Below are positions 7,133-14,890 of a DNA stretch of 20,000 nucleotides, piece after piece. The notes beneath the pieces are model-generated. The model had not been told where the DNA came from. It did no database searches and saw nothing but the letters and a program-made list of their open reading frames with translations. The stretch is from Kiritimatiellia bacterium. Lineage in GTDB: Bacteria; Verrucomicrobiota; Kiritimatiellia; RFP12; JBMNHG01. The stretch lies in the NCBI GenBank assembly GCA_050950285.1, contig JBMNHG010000011.1, positions 366,794 to 386,793 of the forward strand. Reading direction: 5' to 3'. The stretch's first letter is position 1; each line of letters begins with the position of its first letter. Position numbers and translations under genes: made by a program.

Positions 7133-8506
7133 TTATCCGAGGCGATTCCCTTCACTGGGCGCACCGTCTGGGCTTCTTGCGGTCGAGGCAGACCGGACTT
7201 TCCCGATCGTCAGCACCATGAAGATCAGGGACAGGATGAGCGCGGAGAAGAAGAAGCTGGCGGCTCCGCCGGCGACACCGTAACTCCGCACGGCAAATGG
7301 GGTGAAGGCGTGGCTTGCCGCAACCGCGAGCAGGATGCCGATCAGGCAGGCGGTCTGGCGGCGGCGGATGATGAGGATCGACTGGAAGACGTAGTACGCA
7401 GCGACCAGGGAACCGCCGACAATCAGCAGACACAGGGCGTTTCGGTACGGCGTCAAGTCGATCCCGTAGATCAGCGAAAGCACCGGCGTGCCCCAGAAGT
7501 AGGCCAGTATCAGGGTCGGCATGGTGAACGCCACGATCCAGGCGAGCTGCTGGCCGATCTGCCGGCGGAAGCCTCGCATGTCTCCTTTCTTGCTGGTAAG
7601 CGCCAGCCGGGTCATCGCCGGGCGGAGCACGAAGCTGGAGAGCAGGACCACGAGGAACGACAGCATGAACAGCGCGTTGTATTCGGTCATCCGCCGTTCG
7701 TCCAGAAACCGGTCGATCGTGTAGCGGGAGAGGTTGTTGAGGTAGATGAAGAGGAAGGCGTTCGTGGCCAGCGGCAGGCACGCGAGGAACAGCTGGCGCT
7801 GCTTGCGGAACGAAGTGCGGAGGTTGAGCCGGGCGAAGGAGGGGATGAGCAGGGCGTCCATGCCGATCAGCAGCAGCCAGTAGAGCAGCGCCATCCAGGC
7901 GAGCGCGGCGAACAGGTCCCGCGTGAGCCAGAGCGCCACGCCGAACAATCCCATCGGCAGGAGGGTCTTGAAGAACATCCCCTTCGAGGCGATGTCCAGT
8001 CTGCCAAGTTGCTGGTAGCGCCCCTCGAAGACATCGGAAAAGGACTCGCCCGCCCGGAGGGCGAGCAGCAGCAGGATGGCGATCGTCTTGTCGCGCCCCA
8101 CGCCGGTCGCGGCGATCCAGGCGGCGCCTGCGGCGCCCATCAGTCCGACCGTCAGCATCCGCGAGACGAGGTAGTCGCCGAACGAGTAGGTCTCGTCCAC
8201 GTCCGACACCTGGAAGGGGCGCACCTGGAAGAGGCCGATGGTGATCAACTGCTGCGAAATGGCCAGTGCGATGCTGAACACGCCGCCCCAGTAGGGGCCC
8301 TGCTCGCCAAGGAGCCGTACGACGAGCAGCAGCAGGACGAACGAACTGGCGCTGAAGCAGCCCCCGGAGAGCGCCGTCCAGAAGTAGGTGCGCCGCGCCA
8401 GCGCACCGGGACGTTCGAGGCGGAAGAAGCGCAGCACCCAGCCACCGACGCCGGAGGGCGGGTCGCGGGGCGGCAAGGGAGGCAGCGCGCTTTCCACCGT
8501 CTTCAT
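7133..8506 (-). CDS. Wzx/MOP-superfamily polysaccharide flippase-like membrane protein, 457 aa
   Basis: Start reassigned to ATG 8506 (ATGA overlap with the upstream stop). About 12 hydrophobic segments. Motifs RPFQVSD, YLVSR, ESFSDVFEGRYQQLGRLD, PLATNAFL..YLNNLSRYTID and YGVAGGA are typical of this flippase family. Confidence 0.85.
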   Translation of the reverse strand: MKTVESALPPLPPRDPPSGVGGWVLRFFRLERPGALARRTYFWTALSGGCFSASSFVLLLLVVRLLGEQGPYWGGVFSIALAISQQLITIGLFQVRPFQVSDVDETYSFGDYLVSRMLTVGLMGAAGAAWIAATGVGRDKTIAILLLLALRAGESFSDVFEGRYQQLGRLDIASKGMFFKTLLPMGLFGVALWLTRDLFAALAWMALLYWLLLIGMDALLIPSFARLNLRTSFRKQRQLFLACLPLATNAFLFIYLNNLSRYTIDRFLDERRMTEYNALFMLSFLVVLLSSFVLRPAMTRLALTSKKGDMRGFRRQIGQQLAWIVAFTMPTLILAYFWGTPVLSLIYGIDLTPYRNALCLLIVGGSLVAAYYVFQSILIIRRRQTACLIGILLAVAASHAFTPFAVRSYGVAGGAASFFFSALILSLIFMVLTIGKVRSASTARSPDGAPSEGNRLG

Positions 8507-9777
8507 GTGATTCGGGCGTTGTAGCGGGAGGGATAGAGCCACTTCTCCCGCAACCGGGCATAGCGGGGATACTCCGGCGAGTACTTGTACCAGGGGAAGC
8601 GGGGGAACTTGAAGGCCTTGCCCCGATGGTCGCGGACCACGTAGTCCGGATCGTAGGCGCCGTCCAGGACGCGGATGCAGGCGGTTTTGGCCTCGGCGGC
8701 GGTGCCGGCCACCCGGTTGAGGGCGGCGCGGAAGGTGCGGCCTTGGCCCGATTCGTCATCGACCAGCAGGACTTTCCGCCCCCGGATCGACCTCGGGCAG
8801 TCGCCGAGCACGACCGGCTCGTTGCCGTAGATGGCGTCCCGCAGGAAACAGGCGCCGATGATGTCGTCCGTGTCGAGGTTGCCGACACGGATTTGCCGGT
8901 GGGTGATGCGGATGGTCTCGAACGGCAGGCCAAGGGCCCGGGCCGCGTGGAAGGCGGGAAACAGCCCGCCGTTGGCGATGCCGACGACGATCTCGGGTTC
9001 GTAGCCGGAATCGCGCACCTTCGCGGCGAGTTGCACGGCAAGCCGCTCGACCTCCTCCAGGCTGAAGAACGATCCGCCCGTCAGGCGGAAGGCCGCCCGT
9101 TGCAGCCTGGCAAAGACGCGCTCCGGCAGGGTCAGCGCGGAATACCTGCCCCAGATGCTTTTGAGGCGCAGGCATCCGCGGTAGAAGTACGAGTCCCGCT
9201 TGGCGTGGATGTTGCCCGGAGTCCACGGGAAGTTCTGCGGTGTCGGCGCTTCCGGCAGCTCGAAGGTGGCGCGGCCGACCTCCTCCGGGAAGTGCGCGTC
9301 GACGCCGGGGAGCCCGACCTTGCCGTAGCGCTCGCAGTCCGCCGCCGCGCGCCGGTCGTGCCGGGCGGAGAAGGTGCGGCAGTTGAAGACCTCGACGATG
9401 TCCGTCTGGGAAAAGGCCGTTTCATGGGCCTCCGGCTTGAGGGAGGACGGGCGCCAGGCATCGTACGGGTGCGGCAGGGCGACGATCCCGCCCTGGGTGC
9501 GGATCGCGGCGATCGTCTCCTCCACGCTCCGGCCCGGCGCGACCTCCTCCTCGAGGAAGAGGCCGATGATCTCGCCGGCGGTCGTCATGATCTCCGAGCC
9601 GACGACCGTGAGAAACTCGGGGAAGCGCTCCTGGAAGCGGAGCGCGCCCTCGATCGTATTGTGATCGGTGATGAACAGGCAGTCGATTCCGGCGGCCTTG
9701 GATCGGCGCGCCAGTTCCGGCAGCGTGATCCTTCCGTCGCCGGAATAGATCGTGTGGACATGGAACATGCACTTCAT
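8503..9777 (-). CDS. PHP-family phosphoesterase fused to a type I phosphoribosyltransferase, 424 aa
   Basis: Residues 1-190 carry PHP motifs HVHT (H6,H8), D14, ITDHN (H39), GSEI (E62), PHPYD (H103), EVFN and GVDAH (D160,H162). Residues 236-400 carry PRTase motifs IVVGIANGGLFPA, KVLLVDDESGQGRT and PDYV...FPW. Confidence 0.88.
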   Translation of the reverse strand: MKCMFHVHTIYSGDGRITLPELARRSKAAGIDCLFITDHNTIEGALRFQERFPEFLTVVGSEIMTTAGEIIGLFLEEEVAPGRSVEETIAAIRTQGGIVALPHPYDAWRPSSLKPEAHETAFSQTDIVEVFNCRTFSARHDRRAAADCERYGKVGLPGVDAHFPEEVGRATFELPEAPTPQNFPWTPGNIHAKRDSYFYRGCLRLKSIWGRYSALTLPERVFARLQRAAFRLTGGSFFSLEEVERLAVQLAAKVRDSGYEPEIVVGIANGGLFPAFHAARALGLPFETIRITHRQIRVGNLDTDDIIGACFLRDAIYGNEPVVLGDCPRSIRGRKVLLVDDESGQGRTFRAALNRVAGTAAEAKTACIRVLDGAYDPDYVVRDHRGKAFKFPRFPWYKYSPEYPRYARLREKWLYPSRYNARIT

Positions 9778-9831
9778 CGTGCTGCGTCATTTCGGCCCTT
9801 GGCAGCAGGGCACTCGCGTTTACGGGCCCCG

Positions 9832-9860
9832 ATTGTAGCCAAGCCGGGCGAGCGATTCAA
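9832..9860 (-). promoter_or_regulatory. Putative sigma70 promoter TTGAAT-N17-TACAAT for the PHP-PRTase/flippase operon
   Basis: -35 at 9860-9855 and -10 at 9837-9832 with an exact 17-nt spacer, about 55 nt upstream of ATG 9777. Confidence 0.6.
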
Positions 9861-10091
9861 GCCCGCCGGCAACCGGATGGCAATGCGCCGGACTCCCGGG
9901 TACGCGGAGCGAGCATGGGGAGCGGCCGAGGCACGAGCGACATCGCGCGCGGCGCGGTCCGTCCGGATTGCGTTTCGATGTGACAAACACGTGGGTTTGT
10001 GGGATACTTGCATATCAACATCGAACAGTCTCCCACACACAATTCCATGAGTGTAGCCGCTAAAATTGTGCCAAAGCATGCGGAAGCAGGC

Positions 10092-10901
10092 ATGGCTCGC
10101 CGGACACGCACGCAGCCCAAGCGTCGGCATGTTGGCGTTGCGAGGATGATATGGGACATGGCGCGGAATGATTTCCGCGCCAGGTTCGCCGGCTCCTATT
10201 TCGGCATCATGTGGGTTCTTGCGCAGCCGATAGCGACCATCCTGGTGTTCTGGTTCGTCTTCCAGGTTGGTTTCCGGGTTGCGCCGACGGCCGAGGGTGT
10301 GCCTTTTGTCTTGTGGCTGGCCGCAGGACTGACCCCCTGGTTTTTCTTTTCCGAGGGCCTGATGACTACCACGTCATCCTTCACGGACTACTCCTATCTG
10401 GTGAAGAAGGTCGTGTTCCGCATCGAGCTGATCCCCGTGGTCAAGGTTGTCTCGGCCTTCTTCTTCCATCTGGCGTCCGTGCTGGTGCTCCTGCTGCTTG
10501 CCACGCTGCTGGGCTCCCCTCCGTCCATCTACTGGCTGCAGCTTCCGTACTACAGCTTCTGCATGATCGCCCTCGTCCTTTCGCTGGGACTGCTGACTGC
10601 CTCGGTGTTGCCCTTCTTCCGCGACCTCAACCAGCTTCTCGCCATTGTGTTGCAGTTCGGCATGTGGCTGACGCCGATCCTCTGGCGCGTCGAGATGGTT
10701 CCCGAACAATACCGCTGGGTCTTCAAGCTGAATCCCGTCGGCTACATCGTCGAGGGCTACCGCGATGCGATTTTCGGCAGGATCTGGGTCTGGCAGCACT
10801 GGGCGACGACGCTCGGCTTCTGGGCGGTCACGATAGCCCTGTGGGCCTTTGCCCGCAACGTCTTCCGCCGGACGAAACCCCATTTCGCGGACGTGCTCTA
10901 G
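10092..10901 (+). CDS. wzm: ABC-2 polysaccharide export permease
   Basis: NDFRARFAGSYFGIMWVLAQP, GLTPWFFF, YLVKKVVF, FFRDL, WLTPILW, KLNP, YRDA and C-terminal HFADVL. Start is uncertain (ATG 10047, 10092 or 10146). Confidence 0.93.
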   Translation: MARRTRTQPKRRHVGVARMIWDMARNDFRARFAGSYFGIMWVLAQPIATILVFWFVFQVGFRVAPTAEGVPFVLWLAAGLTPWFFFSEGLMTTTSSFTDYSYLVKKVVFRIELIPVVKVVSAFFFHLASVLVLLLLATLLGSPPSIYWLQLPYYSFCMIALVLSLGLLTASVLPFFRDLNQLLAIVLQFGMWLTPILWRVEMVPEQYRWVFKLNPVGYIVEGYRDAIFGRIWVWQHWATTLGFWAVTIALWAFARNVFRRTKPHFADVL

Positions 10902-10908
10902 GGTGACC

Positions 10909-12213
10909 ATGCAAACCGAATACGCCATCCGCTGCGAGCATCTGGGCAAAGTCTACAACCTCTACGGCCATCCGATGGAGAGGCTCAAGGAGGCCTTGAA
11001 CTGGCGCGGACGCCGCTACAGCCGGGAGTTCCATGCGCTGCGCGACGTCTCGTTCGAGGTCAAACGCGGCGAGACGCTCGGCATCATCGGGCGCAACGGC
11101 TCGGGCAAGTCGACCCTGCTGAAGATTCTGGCGGGGGTTCTGACCCCGACCAGCGGCCGTGTCGACGTCAGGGGCCGCGTCTCCTCGCTGCTGGAGCTCG
11201 GCGCGGGGTTCAACCCCGAGTTATCGGGACTGGAGAACGTCTTCTTCCAGGGCACGCTGATGGGTTTTTCCCGCGACGAGATGCAGGAGCGGCTCGATGG
11301 CATCCTTGCCTTTGCGGACATCGGCGACTTCATCCGCCAGCCGGTGAAGCTCTACTCCAGCGGCATGTTCGTTCGCCTCGCCTTCGCCTGCGCCATCAAC
11401 GTCGATCCGGACATCCTGATCATCGACGAGGCTCTGGCCGTCGGAGACGCACGGTTCCAGATGAAGTGCCATCTCAAGATCGACGAATTCCGCGAAAAGG
11501 GGAAGACCATCCTGCTTGTTTCGCATTCTGGAAACGACGTGGTGAGCTTGTGCAGTCGCGCAATCTGGCTGGATGAAGGCGCGGTTCGCGCCGAAGGCCA
11601 GGCGAAGCGCATCGTCGAGGAATACTCCGCGTGGATGGTGCATGACGTCGGGGTTCTGGCTCCGCCAGCATCGGAGGCAACCGCGAAAGAGGGTGGCGAT
11701 GAGTTCGATCTGGTTCCGATTCCGCCTCATGCGATGATCACCGGAGAAGGTGGTGCAGCCATCGTGGCCGCAGGGCTGTTCAACGCCCAGGGTCGGCGGA
11801 TCACCGTCCTTCATGGGCCGGGCGCCGTCCAGATCGTCATGAAGGTGACCGCCGCCGTTCCTCTGAGAATGCCCTACTACAGTTTTCAAATCGTGAACGC
11901 CCAGGGCATCCGCCTGATGGGATGCAATACCGCCGTCCTGAATGCCGGGCCGCCGGCGCTGGCCGCAGGCGAGACTGTGGTGGCGAGCTTTTCCTTTACG
12001 ATCCCCGAAATCGAGAACGGAACCTATCTCATCGCGCTCGGCATCGTCGACGGGACGTCGAGCAGTCACATCCGGCACCAGCAGGTGGCCGACGCCTATG
12101 AATTCCAGTTTGTCAGCGGAAGCGATTTCCAGAAGCAGAGCGTCCTGCTCAAGCTGCCGGAGTGCAAGTTCTCCGTCAACGCAGAAAACCGGAGACCGGA
12201 TGTTTCCCTGTGA
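10909..12213 (+). CDS. wzt: Polysaccharide ABC transporter ATPase with C-terminal Wzt_C carbohydrate-binding module, 434 aa
   Basis: Walker A GRNGSGKS, signature YSSGM, Walker B ILIIDEALAVGD, H-loop VSH. About 170-aa beta-rich C-terminal extension (GEGGAAIV...GTYLIALGI). ATG lies 7 nt after the wzm stop. Confidence 0.93.
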   Translation: MQTEYAIRCEHLGKVYNLYGHPMERLKEALNWRGRRYSREFHALRDVSFEVKRGETLGIIGRNGSGKSTLLKILAGVLTPTSGRVDVRGRVSSLLELGAGFNPELSGLENVFFQGTLMGFSRDEMQERLDGILAFADIGDFIRQPVKLYSSGMFVRLAFACAINVDPDILIIDEALAVGDARFQMKCHLKIDEFREKGKTILLVSHSGNDVVSLCSRAIWLDEGAVRAEGQAKRIVEEYSAWMVHDVGVLAPPASEATAKEGGDEFDLVPIPPHAMITGEGGAAIVAAGLFNAQGRRITVLHGPGAVQIVMKVTAAVPLRMPYYSFQIVNAQGIRLMGCNTAVLNAGPPALAAGETVVASFSFTIPEIENGTYLIALGIVDGTSSSHIRHQQVADAYEFQFVSGSDFQKQSVLLKLPECKFSVNAENRRPDVSL

Positions 12214-12280
12214 ATCCACCCGGATCAGCGTTCCGGACCGCTGCTGGTGAAAGAATGGATGAGAACCATCCGTCCGCCCT

Positions 12281-14890
12281 GTGGCAAACCTTCTGGACAT
12301 GAACGAAGAATTGAAAGACGACTACAATCCCGATGCCCTGACCGCAGTCAGGCCCGCAGGCGATGACTTCGACATGTTGGTCACGCCCAGGTTTGTGGAC
12401 GTATATGCCCACGGATACGAGACTCTTTCCACTCGAATCACGCGGAAGCATCTCTCACAAAAGGATCTCTTCATCGACGTCGGCGCCCACTACGGCTACT
12501 ATTCCCTGCTTGCGGCTGCGGCAAATCCCACGCTCAGGGGCATCGCGATCGAACCCGTCTCCGAAAACCTGCAGGTGTTGCAACGGAATCTCGAATTGAA
12601 CCATGTTGATCAGAACCGCTTCACCTGCATCAACGCCGCCGTCTCATCCAAACCGGGACGTATTTCTTTCTGCAAGTCGGAGGCGTCCGACAATGGCAGT
12701 GTCTATCCTCATCCGGGTTCGGGGATGATCGACCGCATCGAAGTCGCAGCTGTCTGTCTCGACGATGTCGCTGCCCAAACCCCCGCGAACCGCATATTCA
12801 TCAAGACCGCCACGAACGGCCATGAGCTGGAGGTGTTCAAGGGGTTTTCACGGACGCTGGCTTCCGACAGGGACGTGACGATTCTCCTGGAAATGAATCC
12901 GAAGATGGCGAAGATTGCCGACACCAGCGTCATGGAGATTCTCGACTATCTGCGTGCCAGATCCTTAACCCTTTTCGCCATCGACGATCACGAGGGGTTG
13001 CTCTATCCCCTGGACAAACCGGCTAACGTCGCCCTGATGGAAGCCCGCCACGAGTCTTCCTGCTACAACGTGATCGCCGTCCGTGACATTCAGGCGCTGT
13101 CCGTGATGCTCTTCTCGCATTCGTCGCATTTGGCGGGTGCGGAGCGCACGCTGGTCGACCTCGCCGGCGGACTGGCCTCCCGCGGGATCCTCTGCACGGC
13201 CGTGCTGCCCGCCCCCGGCCCTCTGCGAGAGAGATTGACGAATGCCGGATGCGCCGTTCTCGTGCCTTCCGGCAACCGGTCCATGCAAGACGGATGGTGG
13301 TGGGCGAGGCGCGGACTGGAAGCCATCCGGTGCGAAATGGCCGCAGTCCAGTCGTCCGTCTCGGAGGAACTGATTCCGATGGTGGAGAAAATCTCGCCGG
13401 ACGTGATCCTCTCCCAGACGATCGCCTCCCCCTGGGGGGCTCTGGTCGCCGAAGCGACCGGCATCCCGCACGTCCTTTCCGCCCGGGAATACGGGGAGCT
13501 GGACCACGGAATGTCCTTCTTCCTCGGCTTCCAGGAAAGCCTCCAGGCGCTCTATCAGGGAAGCGACGCCGTCTTCTGCGTTTCCGGAGATGTAAAAAGG
13601 GTGCTGTTTGAAGAGGATCCCGAGGGGAAGGCCGAGGTCGTCTACAGCAACATCGGCATCCCTACGCCAGTCGCACGGCCAGCTCGACCCGACAACACCC
13701 CGACCTCCTCCACGAGCGGGGGGCGGATCCCCTCGGTCGGCATCTTCGGAACCGTTATCGAGAGCAAAGGACAGATCGACCTCGTCCGCGCCTGCATCGA
13801 ACTGGCCTGCGGCGGCATGCCGCTGCGCTGCCACATCGTGGGCGTGATCGGCGATGAAGGCTACGCGGAGGCGATCCGCGGCGAGGTGGCGCAATCAGGA
13901 TTTGCCGATCTTGTGGTCTGGACGGAATTTGTTGAAGACCCCTATCCCCTCATGCAGAGCATGGATGTGGTCGTCTCCTGCGCGAAGCGGGAGGCATTGG
14001 GGAGAACCCTGCTGGAGGCGGCCCTGCTAGACAGGCCGATCGTGTATGCGCGTTCCGGGGGGTTCGCCGAGATCTTTGTCCACGGGGAGCATGGTATGGC
14101 ATACGAGCCCGGCGATTCCCACGCCCTTGCCGGGGCGATCCGGACCGTCCTCCAGAACCCCGAAGATACACGTGCCAGGACGAAACGGGCACGGGAATAC
14201 GTGCGGAACCGCTTCGCATCGGACGCATTCGTTGAAACAATCCTCAACGGACTGCGAAAGGCCGCGCGTCAGGCCGGCAGATCGTGTGTCCGGCGAAGAG
14301 CAGTCGGCGGCCTTTTCTTGAAGGAAGGGCTCCCCGTGCCGCAAAAGATCTGGACGCGGCCTAAGCTGTACCATGCCGCCGAAACCGGCGAGTTTACAGA
14401 ATCACACACGATATATGCCGACGAGATGCCGATCGGGCCCTTCGTGGTCGCCTTCGATATTCCGGTCTCCGGGTGCGCGCGGTTGAGGTTCGACTACACC
14501 GAGCGCCTACCGATCTCCATGACGCTCGCTTCGGCTCGCATTTGGACTGAAAACGGCGGTCTGCTGGCTCCCGAGGAGATCCTCCTCGAGACCAACGGCA
14601 TCGCCACGGGCAAGCGGTCCTGGAATTTCTTCACGACAGACCCCCAGTTGGTTCTCCGGCTGAAGCGTCCCGCCGCGAGGATTCAACTGCTAGGCGAAAC
14701 CAGGCTCCTGAGTGCCGCCTCCCTGCTTGATGTTACCAGGCGGCTGAATGATTTTACCAGACAACAGCAGGTACGCATCAACGCTTTGGAAACCAGTCTG
14801 AGCTGGCGTCTGACACAGCCGCTACGCCGGATGGTGTCAAGCCTTCGGGCGATTTCCGTAGGTCGGCGCCGTGAAAGAGATGATCGATGA
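12281..14890 (+). CDS. FkbM-family methyltransferase + GT4 glycosyltransferase + beta-rich domain + C-terminal coil/SWRLTxPLR motif
   Basis: FIDVGAHYGYY and AIEPV (SAM binding). SHSSHLAGAER, GTVIESKGQ and the EX7E motif REALGRTLLEAA (GT4). TDPQL and ETSLSWRLTQPLR at the C-terminus. Start is GTG 12281 or ATG 12299. Confidence 0.85.
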   Translation: MANLLDMNEELKDDYNPDALTAVRPAGDDFDMLVTPRFVDVYAHGYETLSTRITRKHLSQKDLFIDVGAHYGYYSLLAAAANPTLRGIAIEPVSENLQVLQRNLELNHVDQNRFTCINAAVSSKPGRISFCKSEASDNGSVYPHPGSGMIDRIEVAAVCLDDVAAQTPANRIFIKTATNGHELEVFKGFSRTLASDRDVTILLEMNPKMAKIADTSVMEILDYLRARSLTLFAIDDHEGLLYPLDKPANVALMEARHESSCYNVIAVRDIQALSVMLFSHSSHLAGAERTLVDLAGGLASRGILCTAVLPAPGPLRERLTNAGCAVLVPSGNRSMQDGWWWARRGLEAIRCEMAAVQSSVSEELIPMVEKISPDVILSQTIASPWGALVAEATGIPHVLSAREYGELDHGMSFFLGFQESLQALYQGSDAVFCVSGDVKRVLFEEDPEGKAEVVYSNIGIPTPVARPARPDNTPTSSTSGGRIPSVGIFGTVIESKGQIDLVRACIELACGGMPLRCHIVGVIGDEGYAEAIRGEVAQSGFADLVVWTEFVEDPYPLMQSMDVVVSCAKREALGRTLLEAALLDRPIVYARSGGFAEIFVHGEHGMAYEPGDSHALAGAIRTVLQNPEDTRARTKRAREYVRNRFASDAFVETILNGLRKAARQAGRSCVRRRAVGGLFLKEGLPVPQKIWTRPKLYHAAETGEFTESHTIYADEMPIGPFVVAFDIPVSGCARLRFDYTERLPISMTLASARIWTENGGLLAPEEILLETNGIATGKRSWNFFTTDPQLVLRLKRPAARIQLLGETRLLSAASLLDVTRRLNDFTRQQQVRINALETSLSWRLTQPLRRMVSSLRAISVGRRRERDDR

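Noticed and set aside
9979..9994. TGTGA half-site as a CRP box
   Set aside because: The second half-site (TCACA at the 6-nt spacing) is absent.
5721..10050. Alternative ORFs 5721..7283, 6124..7164, 7152..9041, 7310..8524 and 8626..10050
   Set aside because: Off-frame or antisense to genes with clear family motifs, with low-complexity composition.
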